From Puccinia triticina (lineage: Eukaryota), in contig CP110439.1 of the NCBI GenBank assembly GCA_026914245.1, positions 7,998,001 to 8,062,000 on the forward strand: DNA of 64,000 nucleotides, written 5' to 3'. How positions within the stretch are numbered: the stretch's first letter is position 1; every line of letters begins with the position of its first letter. The position numbers were made by a program, and so were the translations under genes. The notes under the pieces were generated by a model. That model was given only the letters and a program-made list of their open reading frames with translations. It was not told the DNA's origin and ran no database searches. Shown here in pieces: positions 25,107-37,805 of the stretch.

Positions 25107-26580
25107 TTTGTATGTGTGAAAGGAGTATGTGCAGTAAGGGATATTTGCACATGAAAGGGATATGTGAACATCAATTAAGGGGTATGGAAACCTGAATGAT
25201 GAAAGGGGTATTGAAAGGGATATAAAAAACTCAAAGGGGACATGTAAACATGAAAGTTTCATGAACGCATGATGAAAGGGGTATGTACACATTGTGAAAG
25301 TGATACATGCACATGAAAGGTATACACGCACATGAAAGGGGTATGTGCACATAAAAGGGTATGGACACATTATGAAAGGGGTGAATTCATAAAAAGGGAT
25401 ATGTGCACATGAAAGGGGTATGTGCAGATGAAAGGGGAATTTGCACAGGTATCAACTCAGTATTATGCAATTTGCATGTAATCAACCAGTACTTGATTCT
25501 TCCATGAGGCACAGCTTGCCTTGAGCTCTTTCATCTCAACTGCAAGCAGTTTCTAGAGTTTTTCTTGCAGTGGCTGATTATTTAAATCTAACACTATTTT
25601 TTTGAAATGAAATTATTATAACTACACTGACTGATAGTGTAGCGTATCTTAGCTTTAACTAACACTACATGAATCCTGGAGGAAAAAATGGCCATGACAC
25701 TAAGAGATTTTGGTCAAATATCTTAGTTTAGTGTAGCAACCCACTGTTGGGGATACCCATCTTTGGTCCTCTTGTCACCATGGCTGGTGTGGTAACCCTG
25801 TTTCTGCTCATATCACCATTCTCATATCATACATATCCATCATTATTGTTCCAGATTCAGATTCTACACCTCATTTCACCCCCAGTCACTCACTGATACC
25901 ACCCTGAAATGCCCCTTGGATCAGAAGTTATTAGCATCCAGAGTTTTATTGGTATTTTCTTGCTTCTTACATTTCATCTACATTACATATTCTAGTCATC
26001 ATCACCATAGTTAAATATATTACATACATAACATAGCTTTCATCATCTATAGTCATCATAGTACACATAACAACCCATCATTACATATCTCATTCATCAT
26101 ACATAGACATCACTAGTGCTCATCATTACTTCACTTCATTACTTCACTACATTTAATCATTGCTCATCTTCAGACTTTGTGACATTGTGCTAATCATGTG
26201 TTCCCCTCCTTGTTTTATTTCTCACTTATATACTCCTCTCTAGATGTTGTATCCCCACATGCATTTTTCTATCCCATACACCCTGTATGACCTTTTTACC
26301 ACACCATTAGATTCATTGTCATCAGTATATATTTCACAACACAATTAGATAAAATTTTCATTCACACATCTTATATACTTTGGCACATACCAGAAATATA
26401 TCCTCCTGCATATATCATTCACATTTGCACACCCCATTTCATCTTTTCCCCCACTACTCCTCCTCTCCTCCTCATACCCTACAGGTACAAGTAGCCAGCT
26501 CATAGTACTAGTCATTCTAAGATTATAGTAGAACAGCCACACCTTTATTCTTTTGCTTAGTTTTACACTCATCCCCAGCT

Positions 26581-26974
26581 CAGGGAGTAAATGGGTCGGG
26601 CCAACCCAAAACCAACCCAAGACCTGTTGGGTTTTGGGTTGGGTTCAGGCACGTTCTTAAAGAAAATGGCATGACCCAAACCCAACCCAACCCGTCTTGT
26701 AAAATTGTTGGGTTGGGTCTGGGCAGCCTATTTCCTAATTGGCTCAGCCTGCAACCCAACTATAGCGCCTCCAACAGTCAAGTTGGGGGGTTTTGGCGCC
26801 TAATAGGTTGGGTCAACCTGAGACCCAAACCAACCCAACCCAAAAAAGTATGGCATTGGGTTGGGTTCGGGCAGCATATTTTAAAATTTTCCCTGACCCA
26901 ACCCAACCCGGGCTAAACTTTGGGTTGGGTTTGGGTGCTGTTTTTTGACCCAAACCTGACACGTTTACAACCTG
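26581..26974. mobile_element. hAT-type MITE with AACCC/GGGTT subterminal repeats
   Basis: Imperfect TIR CAGGGAGTAAATGGGTC and CAGGTTGTAAACGTGTC; direct repeat ATCCCCAGC in both flanks, with an extra T on the left. Confidence 0.7.
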
Positions 26975-29078
26975 ATCCCCAGCAGTATTAGTCAGGAAGG
27001 CAGCTCTTATATCATCATCATCCATGGAATAGCTTACATTAGAAGTAGTGTAGTGATACATTTCCCTTTCCAGCTCTATTCTCCCATTTGATTAGTACCA
27101 CACTGGGGCCTCCACAATGCAGGTTTTGGCCTGTACGCAGAGGGCTTGTTCTGTTGCCAGTTTTTCTGCCATGGTGGCTAGCTGCTGTTGGATGTCTGCT
27201 GCTTTGCTTGCATCTATGTTGGTGGGGGGAGCGGGGATGTTCAAGGTTTATCAGGTGGAGTTGTGTTGGTAGTATGGAATAGGAGAGAGGGAGGTGTAGA
27301 GTATGGATACATGCGTTTTGGACTTGGGGTTTGGCGGTGATGATTTGTGGAGCAGGGATATACAAGGTTTTGGAGGCAATTGGTTTGGTTTCTTCTTTTC
27401 CTATGGTTCTGTCTCTATGTCTCTGTGGTAAAGATCCTGCAATATGTTATGGTCTAGTTTTGGGAGAGAAAGAGGAAGTCTGGTATCAAGGTTTCAGGGG
27501 TTCAGGATCCTATATGCTTGATTGCAGGATGAGGAAGCATTCTGGGATCTCCAGACTCTCAAACCTTGAGAATGCTGTCTGTTATGTACATGGAAGCCTG
27601 TGCTGTGGGACCCTCCCAACCTCATAACATCACAGTTCTTTTTGCAGTGTGTGAAGCCCCCACCTCTTGTGGTGTTTCACAAGATCACCTCAGATTTTTA
27701 TACTTCCTGCCCACTCATTTCAAGCCTGTTTCACCTTCCTAGCTGGTAGAGATCCTGTTACTCACATCTCACCAGTCAGGTGAGCCTTTTCCATTTTCCT
27801 TCTTCTCTCTCCCATCCTTCTGTTCCCTGGTTGTACATACTAAGCAATCCTGTTCCCCACATCTCTCCGTCTAGCTTGTTTCCCCTTTCACCAAGAATTA
27901 TATTTCATGAACAATATCTTGGTCTCTGAGACCCGTGCCCTGTCCCTCTGATCCATTGTGATAGTGCAGTTACATACACATGAAATATATTACATACATA
28001 CGGAGAATCCAGTCTTACACAACTGTACAAAATTTACATATATGCACCCTGTTGGTCACCACAGTGAATTGGACGGAAAAATCCATGATGGAGACACAAG
28101 GACAAGGGAGGTGGAAGGAAGGAGAATAAGAGAGAAGCTTTGACCCCAAAATCCTGGACAGAAGGAAGATTACAGAAGGAAGATTCTAGTGAGGTGCAGA
28201 GTGCATGCAAGTTTTTGCAAGGTGGCTTGGTTACATAGCAACACATTTTATATGTATTCCTGTGCATGCAGTGCAGTACTAACATACACAGTCTGTGCAA
28301 CTGCATACCTCTCACCACGGATGTTTGCTCAGCACCTGTTTACGAGTGTCTTTGCACAATTCATGCCAAGGTTTGGTCCAATCCTTGTTGGTTACTGGTT
28401 TGAAGTTGGTTTGAAGTTGGTTTGAAGTTGGTCTGATCTTGGTTCAAAGACCAGGTCATGTAATGCACAATCTATACTGATATTACCTGGAATCATGCCA
28501 GATGTTTTGTGTAATTTAACCGTATAATGTACACCATAACTATGTTGAAACCCAGCCCAACATTATGATCAGTTGTACTCAATCTATAATTGTGACCATG
28601 ATGATTTTTAACCTCTGTGTAAACCCATACATTACAGGTTGCTCTGGAACATTCTTTTTATAATTTTCAGTGCACACAGAATTCAAAAGGAGGTGTGTGA
28701 GGTGACAGAGTAATTATCAATGCTGCTTGAACTTGGTCCCCTTGGGCCAAGGTATAATATGGAGAAGGTATCTTATCCTTGCCAAAAATATACCAGTTTT
28801 TCTTGAATCATGATTTTAATCTGGTTTGAATTTGGTGTGCATTTTCTGAGGGGTTAGCTGGAAGAATTTGTCACACAACTGTACGCCCGTACGTTTTTGT
28901 GAAACCTATATTACCACACATTCTCTTGTCAGGATTTTCTGTAGTGATAAAGAAACCCCGGATAATCTGGGGCTCCCCTGAACTTAGCCCAGACTTCCAA
29001 CTCTCTTGTGAAAAAAATCATAAAATTTGCTAAAAACATTATGTGAGAATGCTTGCAGCCCAGATGCCTATCTGCCAC

Positions 29079-29553
29079 CAACGGTGGGCCGCTACGCTAC
29101 ACTACGCTACAGGGCCACTTAGCGTTAGCGTAGCGGCAAAAAGCGCCCGCCCATTTTGAGTAGCGTTAGCGCGCTGTTAGCGCCGCTACGCTGCGCTATG
29201 TTTCAGCGGCGCTAACAGCGCGCCAATTGTTTGTTAGTGTTAGCGCGCAGCTACAGTCACTACGCTACGCTACGCTGCGCTACGGCGCTTTTAGCGGAAA
29301 AAAGGCATTTTTTCAGCTAAAAGCGCTGTGGCGCACCGTAGCGCGCGCTCTTTTGCGCCCTGCGTGTGTAGCGTTAGCGCAATTGCGCGCATCTGCGCTA
29401 ACGCTACGCTAACAGCTAAATTAGCTGTGCACCCTTTGCGTGTAGCGTTAGCGCAGAAAGGTGCAATTCCGCTAACGCTACGCTAAAATTTAGCGGAATT
29501 CCGCTACGCTACGCCACGCTAACGCTACGGTTAGCGTAGCTGGCCCACCGTTG
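29079..29553. mobile_element. CAAC-type hAT MITE (475 bp), CpG-rich and probably young
   Basis: TIR CAACGGTGGGCC; 7-bp TSD CTGCCAC; dense GCTAC/GTAGC/CGCTAA repeats. Confidence 0.9.
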
Positions 29554-30528
29554 CTGCCACCTGCAAGATCACAAGGTGGTTGTGGAGATTGATCAGTTCA
29601 ATTTTTCATCATTTGATGCAAAAATAAAACATCAAGGGGATAGCCAGTGAGTGAAGCTAGCTCAGTTCAATAGGAAATCACCTTTTCTCTCAAAATATGT
29701 GATGCTTATAGCATCAATCAATACAAAAGATATAAGTATCCACTATGTTAATTTTTTTCCACCAGTCTATGAATATCTTGAGTGATAAAAACAGAAATAA
29801 GATTCATTGAATTTATGCACTTTCATCACAAAGGTATATCTACCAAGCCAAAAGTTTTGTTTGTCATATATGAAAGCACATTTTGAGCGGTGTGGACGGC
29901 ATAATAAGCACATGATCAATGAAAATATATTGTTACATCAAGAAAAATCTGGTTTCTTCCCAGAAATGGAGATTTCTTTGCAATGCAGTTGAACACAGGT
30001 TCTGGAAAAGATACAATTACTCAAATAGTCCAGTGGGGGTGGATATCAGGTTGATATGAAACCATGTCCAACATGAATTCATACAAGATTCAGCATCAAT
30101 TCAGACACACTTGAGCATAAATTCAATCCAAAATTACACATAAATTGGTGTCAAGTTCTGCAAGAGATCTTAAAGGGTTCCTAAAGAGAGGGGTGAAGGC
30201 GCTTGCATGCAAGTGCTGAGCAAACATCTGTGGTGTCTGCAGCATAAAACCCTCATTGTTTGGCAGGCAGTACAGTACAGTACAGGTGTACAGGGGCTGT
30301 GCAACTGATATACTTTGCAGCTAAATTCCCTCACAAATTTTCTCCTGGAGCTGAAATACCTCACTCTTTAATATGAAAGGAGGTCTTCTCCCCACCATAA
30401 ATTCTATTTTTCCCCATCAACCTACAGTGGTCTGATAACATATGGTAGGAGTAGCAGTAGCAGTTTAGAAGTGGTAATTTTGAGTAGCGTAGAGGTTATT
30501 CAGCTAGCAGAGGCTTAGCACAGTAGTA

Positions 30529-30762
30529 CACTACAAAAAAAACTGTGTCAACTGTGAGCAGTTGACATGTGGTAACTCTGAGGAAGCTTGTGGTGTTACA
30601 CCATTTGACTCAACCCAAGCTTCAATGCACAGTCACTGTGCACCTTGCACAGTGACTGTGCCAACAAAGACACTTGTGCATTCATGTGGAGTTACAATGG
30701 CAGCTTGGCTTGAGTATCCTGCATGTCAACTGCAAGCAGTTGTCCAAGTTTTTTTTGCAGTG
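30529..30762. mobile_element. CACTA-type MITE
   Basis: CACTACAAAAAAA...TTTTTTTGCAGTG; TSD GTA on both sides. Confidence 0.8.
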
Positions 30763-31370
30763 GTAGAATCAATATTAAAAAAAATCAACAACCAACAAAC
30801 CATTCTCTTTATTAGCATATTAGTAGTAGTTCAATTTATTTTAGAAATTATAAAATCAACAAAAGTAGAAGAGCTTTGCCAAACACCTTGTCCATATCTA
30901 TAGCTGGTCTAAAAGCATATTCAATTAGATATCCAGGTCTGATAGAGATTACTACATGAAAGTAAGAGCTATCTTAGAATCTGCCACATTTTTCTCAAAT
31001 ATTGATTACAGGACTGTTGGTTATTTGCATAGTACTATTAGATGGGCATTTCCTTCAAACCACCCGTAAGTTGTAATAGCCTTTCAACCTATCATACAAT
31101 TTATTTCCCCCTCAAAGGAACTTCAATTACCCATCCATCCCTGGAGTCCTACAAAACTCAGTAATCTGGTCAGTAAATACTACCATAAGTTATTTCCTTC
31201 AGTGCTGGTTGATTTGAACCCGGGTACATGGAGCCTTTTTTGCCTAAAATGAGACACCTGCACCTGTAGAGTGGGTACCTTCCACCACTGCAAGAAAAAC
31301 TCTAGAAACTGTTTGCAGTTGTGATGCAGCAAGCTTGAATCAAGCCTCAGCTCAAGCTGGAGTCAAGCAC

Positions 31371-32503
31371 CCAAATTCCATGCTGGTGCACCTTCAGTGT
31401 CAACGGTGGGCCGCTACGCTTCAGTGTGTACCTTGTTCAGCATCTCAATGCTTAACATACTGTAGTGCTCATGCAGTAGGCTGAGACAAATGTTCAACCT
31501 TGCAAATGAGCATCCCCCTGAGCACCCTTTCATTTGCTTTTAGAAAACACTCCATGTGCCATTTAGGGTGTTCAAAGTTGACTTGCATAAAATCACAACA
31601 CCATAAAATCATAAAATTCTGAGCTGAAAAAAATATGTACCAACCAAACACTCAAATTACAGCAACATTTCTAGAATGGTACATATGAAATCATCACTTG
31701 AAAGTTTTATGATTTTATGATTTTTGGTATTGAAAATTTTATGATTTCAACTTTGAACACCTTAGGCCCCGTTTGGCTGCCGTTTTATATGTCATAAATG
31801 GTCAAATTTATGACGCGCAACCCCCAGGGGTTTCAAAGTTTTGATGGCAACGGGGGGCGAACTTTGGGTTGCGGCGTCATATATTCAACCATTTATGACG
31901 TATAACACGGCAGCCAAATGGGGCCTTAATTGAATCCAAATTCCATGCTGGTGCACCTTCAGTGTCAACGGTGGGCCGCTACGCTTCAGTGTGTACCTTG
32001 TTCAGCATCTCAATGCTTAACATACTGTAGTGCTCATGCAGTAGGCTGAGACAAATGTTCAACCTTGCAAATGAGCATCCCCCTGAGCACCCTTTCATTT
32101 GCTTTTAGAAAACACTCCATGTGCCATTTAGGGTGTTCAAAGTTGACTTGCATAAAATCACAACACCATAAAATCATAAAATTCTGAGCTGAAAAAAATA
32201 TGTACCAACCAAACACTCAAATTACAGCAACATTTCTAGAATGGTACATATGAAATCATCACTTGAAAGTTTTATGATTTTATGATTTTTGGTATTGAAA
32301 ATTTTATGATTTCAACTTTGAACACCTTAGGCCCCGTTTGGCTGCCGTTTTATATGTCATAAATGGTCAAATTTATGACGCGCAACCCCCAGGGGTTTCA
32401 AAGTTTTGATGGCAACGGGGGGCGAACTTTGGGTTGCGGCGTCATATATTCAACCATTTATGACGTATAACACGGCAGCCAAATGGGGCCTTAATTGAAT
32501 CCA
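31371..32503. repeat. 565-bp direct tandem duplication, apparently identical copies
   Basis: Identical 60-aa ORFs at 31469 and 32034 (offset 565); junction microhomology CCA. Confidence 0.9.
31765..31925. mobile_element. Tourist/Harbinger MITE (161 bp), duplicated at 32330-32490
   Basis: TIR GGCCCCGTTTGGCTGCCGT; TTA on both sides; shares its left TTA with the adjacent family-B MITE. Confidence 0.85.
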
Positions 32504-34164
32504 GCCAGAATAACATAAAAAGGGTATGTACACATGAAAGGGATGTGTACATATGAGAGGAATATGTATGCATGAAAGCACTGCCAGCATAATTGGCTGG
32601 GTTGAGGTTATCCCAGTTAAAATGGGATGAGCTCAACCAATTTAAACTTGGTTGATCTCAACTGATGAAATATAAATCCAAGGTACCCCCCTTGGGTTCA
32701 TATTTCATTGGACGAGATCAACCCATTTTAAATTGGTTGAGTGCATCCCAGTTAAACTGGGATGACTTAATCACAGCCAAATATGCTGGCAGTGAAGGGG
32801 AATGTGAGAAGGTGTATTAACACATAAAAAGGATATGTACACATGACAAAAGGGGTATGCATGCATGAAAGGGGTATGTATGCATGAAAGGGGTATGTGC
32901 AGTAAGGGATATTTGCTCGTGACAGGGATATGCAAACATCAAAGGGGTATGTAAACCTGAACAATGAAAGGTTTGAAAAGGATGTAAAAAACTCAAAGGG
33001 GACATGTAAACATAAAAGTGTCACGAAAGCATGATGAAAGGGGTATGTACACATTGTGAAAGGGATACATGCACATGAAAGGGATACACGCACATGAAAG
33101 GGATACACGCACATGAAAGGGATACACGCACATGAAAGGGATACACGCACATGAAAGGGATACACGCACATGAAAGGGATATACGCAGATCAAAGGGATA
33201 CACGCACATCAAAGGGATACATGCACATGAAAGGGATACCCACACATGAAAGTGATACACGCACATGAAAGGGGTGAATACATACAAAAGGGATATTTGC
33301 ACAGTATCAACTCAGTTTTTTGTACCTTAGACTCACTCTTGCATAAATTATGCAATGTGCATGGAAATTGAATCAACCAGTGCTTGGTTCTTGCATGAGG
33401 CACAGCTTGCCTTGAGCTCTTGCATCTCAACTGCAAGCAGTTTCTAGATTTTTTCTTGCAGTGCACTTCAAATACACCAAGGGAGGCAGATCACTTGAGC
33501 TAGTTGTGCTGCCATCTTTTTTTTCATTGTTGGATTGGGATTTGTCTTCTTGTGCCAACTGCTGTCAAAGCCGCTTAAGTGATCAAGGCATCTTCTGGAC
33601 AAGCACACAGCTGAGGCCTTGGATCCTATCAGATATGAGCTCCAACTGCTTCGGAGGATGGGTGGTCTGGAGCCTGCACAGCTCAGCTGGATCCATGAGC
33701 GGGTGTGGATGACCAATACCCAGGCACCCGCATGGATTTTTGCAGAATCCCAGACATCCACATCCAAACCCGCACTGGCGGGTACCCACCAGCAGATAGC
33801 AGGTAACCCGCAGCAGATAGCAGGTAACCCGCAGCAGATAGCAGGTACCTTCAGCGGGTTTGTTTCAACCAGCTCTAATACCCTATTTGAATCCCCAGAT
33901 GAGAGCATACACCGGGCATACAATGTTTTTCTGTGCCATAGATAAAAAAAAAGTCACTAAGGTTGGGGTACAGTGAAATGAAGATGAATTGAAGACAGTT
34001 CATATCTATCCAAATAGTAAGCTTAAAGAATGTGGGTGTTGAGTAGGATAAATTATTATTCACTAGCAAAGCTTAACAGTTCAAGGAAGAGCGTTGAGAA
34101 TGCTGTATGAAAAAATGGCAGAAGTTAAGCATGAAGAAATCCAGACATTTGAGAGTTAAGAGCG

Positions 34165-36371
34165 CTAGATTGGAAGACCTGCACCCTTTCTGCATGCGTA
34201 GGTGGTAGTTTTGTGCCTGGAGTACTTCAAGTTTCGTACATCTGGATCAAGATTCAAGAGATTTTAATTTTTGAGGAATCATGTCATTTGAAAAACGAAG
34301 GGTGATTTGGGGACTTACAGTCATCTCTCATGTCACAGACAGGCAAGTTGATAACACAATCTTCACTCATGATGTCGTTTGGAGAAACCCTGTGTGGCAA
34401 GAAATTATTTAGCCACCAAGAAGTTTCCTTGTGTTGAAAGGTGGAGAGACTCACTTGGTGATGTCAGCAAAAACATCGTGCTCAAAGTTGCCGTACTTCT
34501 TTTGGCACTCCCAAGAGTTCTTGACAATGTATTCGACACTGAAGCCGTATTTGTTGGTAACAGAAGATGCGCCATAAACAGTGTTGATTGTCTTCTTTTT
34601 GTGAGCCCGGACAACATTGAAAAGTCTGTGAAGATATAATGGGAAAATCAAAATTGTCAGCAGTAGTGTGTGGTGTGGGAAAAGTGGAGGATCCGCACAG
34701 TTTCTGATTAGGGTCACAGTACGAGAGATGATCATTTCCTTCACGCGCGCCGCCAGGTCCTTTGCCGTGGCAATCATCCTAGGTCATGTTGAAAATGTTA
34801 GAGCCTGTGCATGAAAGGGTACAAGTCACCAGTCTCATTGGTGATTGGGGACTTACGGGTGTGATCGTAACATACGCATTCTGGTGGTGATTTGATTCAA
34901 ATTTGTTCGAGTCAGTACAGACACTTAAGGTAGTAATTGTAGGTGTGAAGCAGTTTGTTGTCACTTGCCTGTGCTCGAAGTAGCCTTGCCAACAAGCGAC
35001 CTTGGACAACACGCATGATTGTTTTTTCGGTGGTCTCCATGAGGCCAACGGGTGATGCTGGGTTGAAGAAGTGGCCGCCTGCCAAAACCTTGGCTAGACC
35101 GTTTTGAGATGTTATTCCATTTGTGAAAGACTTTTCCGTAGCTTCGGTGACATGCCGGGAAAGCTCTCCTTGAGCTTGTGTAATGTAGAATGAAAGCTTC
35201 GACCACTACGATAACCACGTACATGTTAGTGCGCTGACGGACGAGGAGGTGAGTTTTCATGTCTACTTACGGACACAAAGGATGCGGTCTTGGGTGCGCC
35301 TTGGATCCAAGCAGCTATACCCGCTCCAATACCCGTCAAAAATAGAATTTCAGCTGCGACCTCGAAAGCACCAAGGACTCCACTGGCAAAAAAGGTGATG
35401 AGAAGTAGGGCAGTTGCTCCATAAGCGATTCCACGGTACATGTCGGTGAATATCCACTTCAAATCGACCTCAAATCGGGAGTCAGAAATATTTTCGATGC
35501 TGGATTTGTGCAGACGTTGCTTGTATCAGTTTCGGGGACAGCAAAGAGTAATGTGGGCCAATCTCCTTACAGGTCTTGGCACATAGATGCGGCAACGGCT
35601 AAAAGCAAACATTTGTGAGCATCGAGTTAGTCGAACTGAATCTACGGAGTGACTTGATCTACTCACCTTGTAATTGGGAGAGGGAATAGTTGATCGAGTC
35701 CGTCAAGGCGTTCATAAAGGAAGTGTATTCCTGAGTAGCGTACAGCACCTGCCATGCGGGAGCTTTGACAGGATGACATAGCTAGCACCGGACATCATCC
35801 AAGAGAAAGTGGAATCAAATTTGTGGATCATGAGCCTAAATGTTCAGGGAGGGGGTTCTTACTTGACCAGCATTGCAGTTCTCCCCGATTCCGCATATGA
35901 AATTCCTGGCACCGTTGGCAGCAGCGTATTGCTAGAGAAGGAGACGGTCAGCATAGGGCGAATTATGGGGATGCACCATGGCTGAACTACTGACAGCCAT
36001 CGTCATGTTTTGTCCTCCAGGTAGGCTCTTCAATGTGTTATCAATGTCGAGGAGCTTCCATGTATCAGGTGTAATTGGAAGTTTCTGGCAGGCGCGAGGA
36101 TCGCTAGGGGTTTGTGGAGTAGATGGACCTGGATGAAGTAGCGAACTTTTAAGCCCGTTGAAATCAGAACAGGCTGGGAAGCGTAGACTTTGACTAACTG
36201 GTAACGCTCGCTGGCGTTGTTACGGCAGGCGCGCTGGCAGGCGACGCTGGTACTCCGGCAGCTGACGGATGCAAAAAGGTTAGGCGGTCCGAGATTGAAC
36301 GAGTGCAAAACTAGGATGGTGGCGAGGAAGCTTACTTGGGAGAGCCCGTTTCTGATGGGTGAACGCTTCAT
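34165..36371 (-). CDS. Rust-specific Cys-rich multi-exon protein, DUF7872-like, possibly secreted
   Basis: Spliced reading: MKRSPIRNGLSQVSFLATILVL...CQKLPITPDTWKLLDID..LPGGQNMTM / NFICGIGENCNAGQ / LCHPVKAPAWQVL / ... / SWECQKKYG / CVINLPVCD / ACRKGAGLPI*. About 11-12 exons. The family name is from memory. Confidence 0.7.
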
Positions 36372-37675
36372 GGTCTGGCACTTTGGCCTCACAGCTCGCT
36401 GACAGCAGCGAAAGCGAAGCACAACACACAATTGTGAGCTTCATCAATTGAAGTCCTTTGGACTGAGTCCTTCGCATGTCGGTTCGGTCAAAGGGATAGT
36501 GATTCGTGGTGATGAGGGTATCTTCGGTGGTTATGAATTATGAACTGAACGAACGTATGTTTGATAGGAATCGGTGGATGGAAAGGATGAAGGGCCTGAT
36601 TGAATTCTCCCGACTTTTGTCCAGTTGAGGTGCCCTAATTTTTTTTTCTAGTCTTGAAGGACTCTGACGAATTCACCGATGCCAACTGAGACACGTCTCC
36701 AGTCCTGCGTGTACAAAATACTGCGTTCTTAACTTGTAGCTGGAGCTGTCCAGACGAGGACTTCGTGGCCAGAGCCAGAAAATGGCAGAGGAGCCCATGA
36801 TCCGAACTGCAAGACAGCGTTTCACTGATGGGGAGCACCAAGGTGAAACACTTCTACAGATCCAATACCCTCCTGGCAAAACACTGGCCGCATTGCACCG
36901 ACCGGCCTGCGGGACGGCGTCCCCTCCAATTACAGATTAGTTTATAAGAAGGGTTGCTCAGAATCAGATTGATTGCCAGGCCCCCTATGGTGGATACTAA
37001 AACCGAGACGCTCGGCACATGGAGTCGGACGCTGGGATTATCTGAGAGAGGACAGGGTCGCTGCAGCCAGGCTTCGGGGCTGGACTCGCGGATTGAGCCT
37101 CTTTCAGGAGGGACTCCCTCCAGTCGGCGCCGCGCGACCGAGGCGAGACCTCTGACTTTCCCTCTGACACTGGCGTATTCTATACAAAAAGACTTGCTCC
37201 AACCATTGTCACCAATCTAGTGTAGAAATAAAGGCTGGTCCTGGTAGGAAATTACCAAGTCCGCCCTTCTTCAAGAATAGTTTCCCGGGCTTGAGTTATT
37301 ATCAGTGATGTTTGATCTGTACCACTACCATCTTCTAATTTTCAGCGCTCTGCAGTGAGCCTGAATTTTTGCATAATAATCTGCAGGTGATAAAGCTCCG
37401 TACTCTGTAAGTGCAAAAAAACTCTTATAATGCTCTCAGTACCATCTGTAAGTTGTAAGTACCATGATGAATATTAAGATAGATGATGGGAAGAAGGAAG
37501 AGATCCCAAAAAATTTCCTCCTTCCTCCCCTCCACACTCATCCACTTTTGTTACTAGTACTACCCAAATCTGCACCAAGACAATATCCCGCACTATTCTG
37601 CCATCTCCGCCCAACATCTGCAAGGTACAGTACTCCCAGGCAAACTCCTCTACAATGCTTGACCTCCCACCTCCT

Positions 37676-37805
37676 CACTTTGAAAAAAAAAAAAAAAAAA
37701 AAAACTCAAGAAACTGCTGCCAGTTGATATGCCATATTACAAAGGCGCCTTTGTAATATTGCATGTCAACTGGCAGCAGTTTCTTGAGTTTTTTTTTTCA
37801 CAGTG
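37676..37805. mobile_element. Small CACTG-type fold-back MITE
   Basis: Inverted arms A(n)CTCAAGAAACTGCTGCCAGTTGA; TSD CCT on both sides. Confidence 0.8.

Larger units (their letters stand above)
18978..25572. mobile_element. CACTG (EnSpm-type) non-autonomous element with a 20-bp minisatellite; hosts two further insertions
   Basis: TIR CACTGCAAGA.AAACTCTA; TSD GCT on both sides; internal sequence collinear with the copy at 31286-33463. Confidence 0.85.
18037..25749. mobile_element. Non-autonomous CAAC-type hAT element, expanded by nested insertions
   Basis: Ends CAACAGTGAGTCAGCTACAC and GTGTAGCAACCCACTGTTG; 7-bp TSD GGGATAC at 18030-18036 and 25750-25756; CTACACTAA subterminal repeats. Confidence 0.85.
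31286..33463. mobile_element. CACTG non-autonomous element with nested MITEs and a 20-bp minisatellite (GAAAGGGATACACGCACAT-type, about 33055-33270)
   Basis: TIR CACTGCAAGAAAAA; TSD CAC on both sides; collinear with 18978-25572. Confidence 0.9.

Noticed and set aside
26600..26960. Telomere-like AACCC/GGGTT repeats
   Set aside because: They are irregular, in both orientations and bounded by TIRs, so they are subterminal repeats of a MITE rather than TTAGGG arrays.
32767..33302. Cys/His-rich repeat proteins (also 24711-25370)
   Set aside because: These are translations of a 20-bp minisatellite inside CACTG elements, open in several frames.
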